64,000 nt of DNA, from NCBI RefSeq assembly GCF_009914755.1, contig NC_060944.1; one strand, 5' to 3'. The notes beneath the pieces are model-generated. The model saw only the letters and a list, made by a program, of their open reading frames with translations. It made no database searches and was not told the origin of the DNA. The position numbers and the translations under genes are program-made. Positions 13,240 through 27,343 of this stretch are shown here, in pieces. Numbering within the stretch: the stretch's first letter is position 1; the number at the start of each line of letters is the position of its first letter. The stretch comes from the human T2T-CHM13v2.0 reference genome, Homo sapiens.

Positions 13240-13720
13240 ACCGGGGACTTCCCAAGGCAGGGCAGGGACGGGGTCAGCGGGCCTCACCGGTGTCGGGGTC
13301 TCCCAGAAAGGCGTCCTCGTCCTTGCGGCCCCTCAGCGGGGCCGCGGGCGCCGGCTCGTCCTCGGGCAGCCGCGGGAAGCTGGTGATGCTCATGTAGTCC
13401 ACTGGCGAGTAGGCGCCCAGGGCGCTCTCCTGGCTGGCCTCGTTCTCCGCCGCCATCCTCGCCCGCGCCCCCCAGCAGCGCAGCGCCTGCCGGAAGTGGC
13501 TGCGGCGGGGGAGTGGGAGGGCGGAGGGCGGGGCCTGATCTTCGCGACAGCCGGGAGGGGGCGCCTCTCCCAGCCCTCGGCCGTGTCCCGGTCTGACTCG
13601 CCCCCGTCTGCTCAGCGCTATCAGCCTGCAGCTGGCACACAGGTGCGTGTAGATGGACAGCCAGGAAGGCAGCGCAGGGTCGAGGGGAGAGCGCGGGGCA
13701 AGCGAGACTTCAGTGGCTCT
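13240..13720. promoter_or_regulatory. GGT7 promoter CpG island
   Basis: Dense CpG/GC around exon 1; ETS motif CCGGAAGTG at 13490-13498; GGGCGG boxes at ~13519-13533. Confidence 0.88.
13288..13456 (-). CDS. GGT7: GGT7 coding exon 1 (169 nt; MAAENEASQESALGAYSPVDYMSITSF...DPDT)
   Basis: ATG in aggATGG context inside a CpG island; donor CCG|GTGAGG; phase 1 matches exon 2. Confidence 0.96.
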
Positions 13721-13809
13721 GCACTTTACGCAGCTCAGGGACCAAACCCCTTCCTCCTTCCAGCCTGAATACAGCTAGTGTCCTCCTCAAATCCCAGGCT
13801 TCCTTTTCG

Positions 13810-14105
13810 GGCCCCAGACCCTTTCACTGACCGCAAATCCCTCTCGACCCCAGATCCTGTCTCTGACCCCAAACTCCTCGGACCCCAGACCCCTCCTTGA
13901 ATTCCGAGATCCTCCTCCTCCGATTTTAGACTCCTCCTCCGACCTTAGACCTCTTTTTCGACTTCAGACTCTGTCTTCACCCCCAAACCCTTTTGAAAAC
14001 CCCAGCCCATGCTTCATCTCCAGGCCTCTTTGACTGCAGACGCCTCTTTGGACAACAGATCCCTCCTCTGACCTCAGATCCCTTCCCGCACCCCGACACT
14101 TCTGA
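13810..14105. repeat. Degenerate ~19-bp tandem array (GACCYCAGAYCCYTCCTCY)
   Basis: Units at 13922, 13941, 13960, 14051 and 14070 are spaced 19 bp apart within each run. Confidence 0.75.
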
Positions 14106-14117
14106 CTCCTCTTTCAA

Positions 14118-14285
14118 CCGCATTCTCAAACTTTAGTGTGTGTTAGGATCTTTGAAAGCGGATCCCCAGATTCCACTCCAGAGATCATGATTCAGTAGGC
14201 TGGGATGAGGTCCTTGGAACCTGAATATTTACCATCATTTTAAGAGTTTTTGATGTGGTTCTGGAAAGGACACTTTGAGAAAGAA
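14118..14285. mobile_element. MER5-type hAT relic
   Basis: ttctcaaacttt...cagagat..tgattcagtagg...cactttgagaa. Confidence 0.6.
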
Positions 14286-15027
14286 GGAGTGGTGGTAGTG
14301 ATGGTAGGGCAGGAGTGGGGCAAGGTGGGGAATAGGTCTCCATATTCTGGATGTCTGGGTTCTATTCTGCCACCGCTCAAACACTGTGTAATCTTGGGCA
14401 AGACAATTAGTCTCTCTATCAGTTTCCCCATCTGTGAAATGGAAAGAATAATAGTACCCATTTTAGAGGGTTGTCATGAGGATTAAGTAACAGAATGGAA
14501 AGCGATTAGTATAGGGCTTGGCACCTACTCAATAAATGGCATCATCATCATCATCATCATTGCCTTAATCTGGTAGATTCATTCCCTCCAAACTCATCCA
14601 TCCTCTCTCCACTCCAAAATTCCAACCACACTACAGCTTGTACTACTTCTCCATATCCAAGGATGAGGGAGGTTCCTTCTTTTACGAGGTCTCTGTTCCA
14701 AACTTTCATTGTGAAGTCCACAGGAAGAGAGGGGGGCTGGTGAAGCCTCTATACACACATCCTTTCTCTTCCCAACCCCAGACCAGTCTCAGGGATGGCC
14801 TGAAGTGCTTGAAAAATCTACTATATACACAGCAGCTGCAGTAGCAACTATAGACAGGAGGGGGAAGCAGTGTGTCGGGAACAGCTCTGGGGTTTGGGTG
14901 TAGGACTTGGGAGAGAGGATAGGAAGGAGAGGGCTACTCAGAGCTGTGTGGTAAGAGTGCCCAGGGAGGGTAACAGTCTATCACCAAAAAGTGTACCCAT
15001 TGTCTGTGCCTTTCCCCACCCCAGAGA

Positions 15028-15485
15028 GTTCTTATCTCCTCAGTGATGTTTGTAGGGTCTATTACACTACCCTGAGGTCTAATCCCTCTGGTGGGACCCT
15101 TCCCCACTTGATGAGGTCTGCACCTTCTCAGTGATGTCCACTCCCACAGTGTAGTTGGCAGCTCCTCACTGGAGTTTGAGTCCTCTGGTAGGGTCCACGT
15201 CTCCTTAGTAAAGTCTATATCCTCTGTATCTCTTAGGGGAAATCCATGTCTCCTCACTAGGGTAAGTGCCCTTCAAAGCCATTCATGTCCTATTAGCAGG
15301 GCCCAGGGCCCTTCAGTCAGATCTGAGAACCCCCAGCAACATCTGTGCTCCCTTAGTGGAGTCCATGTACTGTCAGTGAAGTGTGTGTCCCTTCGGTGCA
15401 GTGAATATCTCCTTTATGAAAGTATCTGACCCCTTGGTGGGGTCTATGTCCACCCCAAGAGGTCTGTACTCCTTCAGTGGGCCCT
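15028..15485. repeat. Degenerate 20-bp tandem array (RTCYRTGYCCCYTCAGTGRR)
   Basis: Units in register at 15281, 15301, 15321, 15341, 15361, 15381, 15401, then 15422, 15442, 15462. Confidence 0.75.
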
Positions 15486-15851
15486 CAGATTCCCGCCCTC
15501 CTTGGGATTGGGCAGACTCTCGGTCTCCCATAGAGAGATTTTTTTTCAGCTTAGGGTGTGCAAGGTTTACAGTCAGCTGGGCAAAGTGCAGGGAAGTAGC
15601 TGGGAAGGGAGGCTGGGCTAGATGGGGTCACAAGGCCTGTGTAGGCTTCAGGAGGTGGGAGCTGCCCGCTTCAGGCCTCGGAATCACTCTTGGAGTTAGA
15701 TATTTAAGAATCCTTCCTGCCTTGACAGCCAGTCTGTGAAATGATGGTGAGGTGGGCACTTCTTTGTGGTGAGTGCAGGTGAGAGATGGAGGAGGGTCCT
15801 GCCTGACTTCTTTCTGGGGTGGAGGGGCTAGAGAGAAGCTAGAGGTAATTA

Positions 15852-16328
<477 letters not shown>

Positions 16329-16799
16329 TCAAAGAACCTAGCTTTGGCCCTAACTTGGTCGTTATTTGCTCTCTGACTGTGCACCAGTTCCTTCCCTTTC
16401 CTGGGTTTGCCATTTGTGCAATTAGGAGGTGGGCTTATTACAAAAAACCTGAAGGTGTCTCCTAGTCTTCACTTATTGAGTCTTGTACTTTAGATCTGGA
16501 TGGAGATTTGTGAAGGCAAGGAGATTGAAGACATGTCCTCATAAGAGGGAGAAAATCTGAGCTGGTTCCAGGGTGAGCAGAGAGGAGGTGCTGTCGCCAG
16601 AGCATGCCCTCAAGGTCATGGGAGAAGTTTTTCCGGAGGACGAGAATGTGGGTGTGGCTCAGAGAGGGGGGACCTGGAGGGAAGGGTGTCACCTGGAAGG
16701 AACTGGTGATAGTCAGGACTGTGCAATCAGATCACGGGGCGGCTCCGCGATGGACCTTACTCAACTCCTCTCCTTAGTCCATCCCTTTCCCTTTCGATC

Positions 16800-17500
16800 C
16801 TTGCCTTAACCCAACCCCTTATCTGTCACTCCAAGACCCCACCCCACTCTGGTCACTCCATGGCTCTGCCTCCTCTCCTGTCACAACCAGCCGGGTTACT
16901 CCCCATCACTCCATGGGCCCACCTCCTCTCCTGTCCCGCCTGGCCCCGCCCCTCCCTTGGCACTCCACGGTTCCACCCTCTCCCTTGTCACACCCGGCCC
17001 CGCCCCTTCTGCTTTCACTCGACGGCGTCACTCCTTCCGGCAAGTCAGCTCCACCCCTATCCCTCGACTTTTCCTTATAGTATTTCTGTCCTTGCCAACC
17101 TCGATCCCTCCCCAACCAGACACGGCCCCGCCCCCTCTGGCACCGCCCACCCGCCAGACTAAGCCACTCCCCCACTCACCAGGCCCCGCCCCTCTACGGA
17201 GGCCCCGCCTCTAGTTCGGCCTGTTTTCTCAGTCCCGGCACCCGCCGCGACCGCAAAGGCGGCCGCGGTTCTAGGAACTTGACGTGATGGGGCTTCCTGA
17301 GGAGCGGGTCCGGAGCGGCAGCGGGAGCCGGGGCCAGGAGGAAGCTGGAGCCGGAGGCCGGGCGCGGAGTTGGTCTCCGCCGCCCGAGGTCAGCCGCTCC
17401 GCGCACGTCCCCTCGCTGCAGCGCTACCGCGAGCTGCACCGGCGCTCCGTGGAGGAGCCGCGGGGTGAGGCCCGGCCCGGGCGGGCCTGGGGTGTCAGTG
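16800..17500 (+). promoter_or_regulatory. ACSS2 promoter / CpG island with clustered SRE-like and GC-box motifs
   Basis: SRE-like GTCACTCCAA 16825, GTCACTCCAT 16852, ATCACTCCAT 16905, GGCACTCCAC 16959; CCCCGCCCC at ~16944, 16998, 17126, 17184; ACSS2 is an established SREBP target. Confidence 0.85.
17287..17464 (+). CDS. ACSS2: ACSS2 coding exon 1 (178 nt; MGLPEERVRSGSGS...RRSVEEPR)
   Basis: Strong Kozak gtgATGG; donor GGG|GTGAGG. Confidence 0.97.
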
Positions 17501-17855
17501 AGGAGAAGAGTGGGGGCTCCCTGGGGGAGTCGGGGGCTCCCTTGGGAAGCTGAGGGGTGGGTGAGGAGATGGAGGTTCTGTGAAAGAAGAATTGCGGTTC
17601 TTTGAAAATGGAAAAGGGATTCCGGGAGGAGACGAGGGTTCCATGGGAGCTGGGGAGTTCCCTGCAGACTTGGAGGGTCCGTGGTGGAGATGCGGGTTTT
17701 TGCGAGGAGACGCGGGATTCCGTGAGGGAAGAAGTGAGGTTCCTTGAGATTGGGACGGGGAGGTCGGCCAAGAGAGTGAAAGTTTCATGGGAAGAGAAGG
17801 GGAGTTCCTGAGGCGAAAAGAGGGTCTCTAAGGGGCGACGGGAGCCTTGAAGGGA
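17495..17855. repeat. Degenerate ~20-bp purine-rich array (GAGGAGAYGRGGGTTCCRT) at the start of ACSS2 intron 1
   Basis: Units at 17563, 17626, 17704 and similar units in between. Confidence 0.65.
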
Positions 17856-18127
17856 GGAGGGCCACGAATAGAACTTTCTTTGCTTCCCTTTCACACCAGC
17901 TCAGCCACTGCCTCCTGAGACCCTTAACCTGTGAACTGTTGAGGGCAATAACGGGTCTGGTTCCCATCTTGGGGTCCTCAGATTAGTAATGGAGTCCCCG
18001 ATCTATTTTTAGTATATCGGACATCCTAATGGAAATTACGCGGTATAAGACTGAACGAGTTACTACGATGTCAAGTTGTTTTATTTATTTTTTTAACTTG
18101 GGCTGGGATTGTATTAGTAATAGTTCA

Positions 18128-18710
<583 letters not shown>

Positions 18711-19442
18711 CTACAGGCGGACGCCATGACACCCAGCTACTTTTTTGTATTTTTTGGAGAGACGAGGTTTTGCCATGTTGCCCAGGCTGGTCTTGAACTC
18801 CTGGCCTCAGGCTTTCCTCCTTACTTGGCCTCCCAAAGTGCTGTGATTACATGTGCATGAGCTACTGCGCCTAGCCAAGGAGTCAAAATTGCACCCCCAT
18901 TGGGAGGCAGCATGATGTTTGGTTGTGGGACAAACATGGGCCACGAATCAAATCCAGAAAAATCTAGATTTAGACCCTGGCTCTGCTGTTCATTTACTGT
19001 GGGGTCTTAGGCAAATTTTTAAGCCTGTCTGAGATTCCTTTTCTTCCATCTATAAGATAGGTCTAGTAATACTTGCCTAATGGGTTTGTATGAGGTCTAA
19101 AGTGTGTAATAAGTATGCGCTATAACATGCCTGATGCACAGTACACATTCAATAAATAGTAGTTAGTCTGATACAATATAAATCAAGCAATTACCAAGTA
19201 ATGCAAGACAGGATTCAATCAAGTGTAAAGTGGTGGAGTTGGGATTTGAACCAAGACAGTTTGACTGCAGAATCCATATCCTAATAGCAATGCTATTCCT
19301 CTTCCATGACCCCACAGAATGCATTTCACCAAATTCCATCAAATACAGAATTTCTACCAGGGAAGCAGCCTCCTAATTTGTCCTCTCTTGCCTAGTTTCG
19401 CCAACTTGAGTCTTTCCAGTAGATTTATCAAGACACCATTAG

Positions 19443-19843
<401 letters not shown>

Positions 19844-20135
19844 TCTGCTTTTCTTTTAAGACCTCCAGATAATCTAGCTCCACCCTGCCTCTCTATTCTT
19901 ATCTCCCACTACTTGCTACCACTCCCCTCATTCTAGATAGATCATTCTCCTTGATATCCTGGATACACATTTATTCCCACCTTCTTGCCTTTGTTCATTT
20001 CCTTCTGCTTCTCTCTACCTAGTCAAACTCCACCACTTCCAATAGAGCATTCACTGATCATCCCAATTTATGCTCACCTTTTTCCTCTTCTGAATATCTT
20101 TAGTACTTAGAAACTATGCCACTCATCCAGATTCT

Positions 20136-20136
<1 letters not shown>

Positions 20137-20174
<38 letters not shown>
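20137..20174 (+). repeat. (AC)19 microsatellite
   Basis: Direct reading. Confidence 0.95.
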
Positions 20175-20176
<2 letters not shown>

Positions 20177-21029
20177 CTACCCCCCCCAAAAAAACCCAGA
20201 AAAACTAAGTGTGCATAAAATTCAGTTTTGTAGCCAAACATGGTGACGCACGTCTGTAATCCTGCTACTCAGGAGGCTAAGGCACGAGAATTGCTTGAAC
20301 CCGGGAGACGGAGATTGCAGTGAGCCAAGATTGTGCCACTGCACTCCAGCCTGGGCGACACAGCGATACCCTGTCTCAAAACAAAAACAAAAACACCTCA
20401 GCTTTCTTCATTCTTTGTTGATGGACATAAATGTGGTTTATAAATAGTTTTATATACTATATGCCTACTATTATCACTTGAAAATATTTTTGAGTATTTG
20501 TACTCTCGTTATTAGCTGCGTGGTCCTTGGCAGAGTTTCCTGTGCTTCCTGAGCTTCAGTTTTCTCATCTATAAAATTAGGATAATTAATGTATACTTTG
20601 TAAGACCATAATGTCATAAAGATTAAATGAGATTAGTCCAGTCCCTGATACATGAATGGCATTTACTAAATACTAGCTCTCATTTGCTTTCTCTTTAATG
20701 GCCATTTATTATTCTATGGTATTACTACTTGTATTACTAGTTTTCATCAGTTTGTTATTGTTGGGCTATTGGGTTGTTTCCAGTTTCACTATTATAGTGT
20801 TGCTATAAACATCTCTTTACTAATCACTTTTTTTCTTTGTGATTATTTTCTTGAAGTCTATTCCCTATAGTTGAGATAGCAGAGAAAAGGGTATAAAAAG
20901 TTTTATGGGCTGGGCGTGGTGGCCCACACCTATAATCCCAGCATCCTTTGGGAGGGCAAGGTGGGCTCCCAAAGCTTGAGCTTAGGAGTTTAAGAACAGC
21001 CTGGGTAATATGGCCAAACCCTGTTTCTA

Positions 21030-21260
<231 letters not shown>

Positions 21261-21659
21261 CTAATAAGACTGCGCCAATTTCTTACAATGCCATTATTGT
21301 GTAAGAGTATCTGTTTTCCCAGGGCCACCCAGACATTGGGCTTAATAATTTTTTTAAATTTTTACTAGTTTTCTAGGTATATAATGGCACCTTGGGGTTG
21401 ATTTAATTTGGATTTCTTTAATACATTACAACGTTGTACACTATGTGATTTAGCTTTCAATTATATTCTGTCTTGTACATTAAAAAATATTTCATGTGTT
21501 AATCTTATCTCTCCAACTAGATTGTATAAGCTCTAAATTGTGTAACCTGAAACAAATGACTTAGCTTCTATGAATTTTATTTCTTATGAAATGAAATGAG
21601 GGGGTGATAATCTGTAAGGTTACTTCCATTGTTACGGTTCTAATTGCTTCTCTTTCCTC

Positions 21660-21690
<31 letters not shown>

Positions 21691-21697
21691 GAGATAG

Positions 21698-21796
<99 letters not shown>

Positions 21797-21803
21797 TGAG
21801 TAG

Positions 21804-22016
<213 letters not shown>

Positions 22017-23006
22017 TAAATTCTCTGCATTCATATGTTTTACCTGTTGAGTACATTTTCTGCAGAATAGCCAGGCAGATATTTTAAGAATGTAAATTTG
22101 ATCATGTTACTTGCTTAAAACCCTTCAATGAATTTTCATTGCTCTTGGGATATATACCAAATTCCTTATTATACACAGAATTGCATGATTTGCCCAGTTT
22201 ATGCATCAATTCCTGCTATTCTTTCCCTTATTCTCAGTGTTTCAGCCTCAAGGAGTTCCTCCTAACATATGCCCTTGGTCTCTTTTTTTCATATGGGAGT
22301 GGAGAAAAACTTCTATTCATCTTTCAGATTTTAGCAAAAATGTCTCAAGGAAGTTTAGATCTTGACTTAGTAATTGTGTAACCTTAGACAAGTTATTTAA
22401 CCTCTCTGAGCCTTGATTTTCAAGTTTATAAAATGAGAAAAGCCTCCCTTCTAGAGTTGTGGTAAGGATTAAATGAGATAATACATATGAAAAGCTTAAA
22501 GAAACATTTGGCACATAGTGAATAACACTTATATAAGTAGAAGCTGGAGAAGGAGATGCTCAATATATAATTGCTGAGAGAGAATGCACGAATTAAGAGA
22601 AGAAAGAGTTGGTCATGGAAGGTTCTGTGGGTGAAGAATTTTTTCTTTTTACTAATTACTTCATTAAAAAATTTACTTTCTAGTTAGACAGATGGTGAAA
22701 AAAATTGTACCTGATTTCAGCAGAACTCGGTGTGTACCTATAATCCCAGCTTCTTGGGAGGCTGAGGCAGGAGGACAGCTGAGTCCAGGAGTTTAAGACA
22801 AGCCTGGGCAACAGCAACAAAAAATTACTGATTGCCTATTTTGTGCTAGGCATTGTGCTAGTACTAGGTGGCTCTGATTTTAATAGATGGTAAAAAGTGA
22901 GTAGGCAGTCTTGAGGACAGGAGGAAGAATTTGAGTCAAGATTCAGCCCAAGAGAATAGAAGATGGGTTAGAAGAGTGTTGGCTGCTGGCCGGGCGCGGT
23001 GGCTCA

Positions 23007-23240
<234 letters not shown>

Positions 23241-23439
23241 CTAGGTGTCACAGTGAGCCTCCATCTCCAAAAAAAAAAAAGTGGTGGGTGCTAAGATTAG
23301 ACAGGTAAAGAAGGGACCCAGGTGGTGGGTCCTAGGGCAAGGAAGTTATAATTTGGTCCTGTGTATAGACTGGTAAGCCTTCTGAGGCTAAATATGTCTC
23401 AGAAGATTAATGATATCTGGGCTTCCATTTCTGTTGCAG

Positions 23440-23635
23440 AATTCTGGGGAGACATTGCCAAGGAATTTTACTGGAAGACTCCATGCCCTGGCCCATTCCT
23501 TCGGTACAACTTTGATGTGACTAAAGGGAAAATCTTCATTGAGTGGATGAAAGGAGCAACTACCAACATCTGCTACAATGTACTGGATCGAAATGTCCAT
23601 GAGAAAAAGCTTGGAGATAAAGTTGCTTTTTACTG
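23440..23635 (+). CDS. ACSS2: ACSS2 exon 2 (196 nt; EFWGDIAKEFYW...DKVAFYW)
   Basis: Acceptor ttgcag|, donor CTG|GTAAAA; phases match. Confidence 0.97.
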
Positions 23636-25407
23636 GTAAAAATATCTATCTTATACTTGGTGGCAGATAAAAACACTCATTTGATACTTACAACAACCCA
23701 GTAGAGTAAGCAAAGTGTCATCAACTTAATGCCTCAGGTGAGGAAAAATACCTCAAGGAAGCTACATGACTTCCTTCAGATCACATAACTAGTATGTGAC
23801 AGAGCTGACATTCAAAGCCAAGTGTCCTGACTTCTAGTCTAGTGTTCTTGGCTTTGTAGTTGAAGAGGGAGAAAGGGCATTGGCAAATGGAAGAGAACAA
23901 GACTGAGTAGCTTTCTTCCTCATTCTTGCTTTGGAAGACAAATAGTATTGGGTTTTTCACCACCACTACTACCACTACCATTATCATTATCTTTTACAGA
24001 GCTGTGTGCCAGAAACTATGCTTAAGTGCTTAACAAATACTATCTCCTTTGATGCTTATAATAATTATGAAAGCACTATTTGTTTTCCTCATTTTACATA
24101 GGTGAAAACTGAAATTCTGAGAAGTCAAGTGACATATCTGAAGTGAAACAACTAGCTAGAAGCAAGGCTGAGATTCAAACCTAGGCAGTATAATTACAGA
24201 GCTTACACACAACCATGACACTCTATTATTCCTCTAATTCCTTACCTTGGCCTCTCAACAGGTTTGTAAAATAGGAATTCTTAGTTTCATTTTATAGGTG
24301 AACAAATGAAGCATTGAAGGGTTATGTAGTGAATAAGGTCATAGAGTGAATAAGTGGTAGAGCCAGGATTCAAATTCAAGTCTGCCTGACTCCTTGCTTG
24401 TACCACTAGGCCATGCAGCCTCCCCAGCAGGAAATTTCTAAGACTGCTTCTCCCAGGAATTTAGCTGTCTAGGAGATACTACTATACCGAATCCAAATAG
24501 GACTTAGAAATTCCAATAATTGGGGTGTTGCTTCTGCCACAATCTATGAGCACTCAGAGTTGATCTATTGTTTTTGTATTGTTTTGTTTTGTTTTGTTTT
24601 TTTGGAGACAGGATCTTGCTCTGTTGCCCAGCCTGGAGAGCAGCGGCATGATCTTGGCTTACTGCAACCTCTGCCCTGCCTCCCCTGCTCAAGCAATCCT
24701 GCCACCTCAGCCTCCTGAGTAGGTGGGACTACAGACATGCACCACCACGTTTGGCTAATTTTTGTATTTTGTATTTAGTATTTTTTGTAATGATGGGGTT
24801 TCACCATGTTGCCCAGGCTGTTCTCAAACTCCTGAACTCAAGCGATCCACCTGTCTTGGCCTCCCAAAGTGCTGGGATTAGTGTGAGCCACCATGTCTGG
24901 CCTGATTAATTATTTAAGCTAGCCAATAGGAGCAGCTTGGATGCTTCATGGGAGAGTTAAATTGAAACTCACTCAATATCTTTGCCCAGTTTGTGTGATA
25001 TATTGAGAAGAGCCTTAACCTGAGAGACAAGAAATTTAGGTTCTCCTTTCAACTCTGCCATTAACATGTTATATAACCACAGACAAGGCATTTAACTAAG
25101 AGTCAGTTTCCTCTTCCATAAAATGGGGATAATAATTCTATCCTTGTTTTTCTCTCTAGATTGTTGTAAGAATCAAATGAGATAACGTTGTAAAAGCACT
25201 TATTTGTTTATTGGAAAACACTGTATAGGTGTGAGTGGTCTATTATTATACTACCATTGCTTAGTTGGGGGCCAGTTTGTCACTGAAATTCACTGTCCAT
25301 TGTGTCTGTTGAGACTCTCTTTAGCTTCTGCTCTAGAGCTTTATGCTTGAGCTCCAGCCAACACTTGGGCTCATTTCCCAGGCTCTTTAAAGATCAGAAA
25401 ACCTTTA

Positions 25408-25950
<543 letters not shown>

Positions 25951-26126
25951 TCAGGTGCCTAATGGAAAACAGAATACACAGGCCAGAGTTTTCAATCACT
26001 GGAGAGTTTTCCAGAATCCTGAGGCCCTTTCTTTCTAGAGACACCAGTTCCCCTACCACCCTTACCTGAACAGGCTCTGGAGAGCCTCTCTTTCCCCATC
26101 TGTAAAATGAGAGGAGTAGACTAGAT

Positions 26127-26426
26127 CAGCATTTTCCAAAGAATGCTTCAGGAACTGCTAATTACTGGAGATATTAGTAGGGGGCTTCTTAATTCATAAA
26201 ATGATTGAGTCTGAGAAACACTACATAATAAATTGCCTTTGTGTGAGATTCCCAATGTGTATTAGCATAGTAAAATCTCCAAGATGTCCTATATTAGAGA
26301 TACCTGATTAATTTTGTTTAACATAGGATTTCCTGAATTTATTGAAGCCCCAAACACTTTTTGCCAGCATGCTATTGATATCACAAGAAGCAGTATTCCA
26401 TGGAACACCCACTGGGGAAGCACTGG
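26127..26426. mobile_element. hAT-Charlie relic
   Basis: cagcattttccaaa...gagattcccaatgtgtattagcata...ggggaagcactg with inverted-type ends. Confidence 0.5.
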
Positions 26427-26957
26427 ATTAAATAATCTCTAAATTTACTTCCAGTGCAAAATTCTGTAACTCAAAAACAAGACATCCTCACTCCATTTTT
26501 ACATTGGTCACTCCCTCAACAAGAATTGTTAAAGATATTGGATACTCAGGGCTGCATTAGGCATTATGGATATGGGGGTAAAAAGGCAGGAGACAAGTAC
26601 CATATAGGCAATTACTATTTAATTATTTTATGTTTATAGTAAAGCAAAAGCAAAATACAAATAAATTGCATTTTATTATAAGAAAGTAAAGTGCAAATAT
26701 GCCGGATATGTGGTTACATCCCTTTGTTGCCTCTATATTTTTAAATGATATGCTTATACTGCTATTTTTCATCATTTTTAAAGAAAGTATTGATTTCTTA
26801 CTACGATAGATAAGAATTTAGTTCTTATATACCTCTCTAACTTCCTTCTCTCTTCTTCTCAATATAATTATAGCTGTTTTCTAGTTAATTTAAAATCAGT
26901 TTACATAAGAATAGCATACTGTGGTTATATTTCCTTTTATGTACGGATTTTTATTTA

Positions 26958-27343
<386 letters not shown>

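Noticed and set aside
13217-13768. 183-aa + strand ORF and 118-aa - strand ORF over the GGT7 promoter
   Set aside because: Stop-codon depletion in a CpG island; low-complexity G/R/A/P content with no recognisable domain
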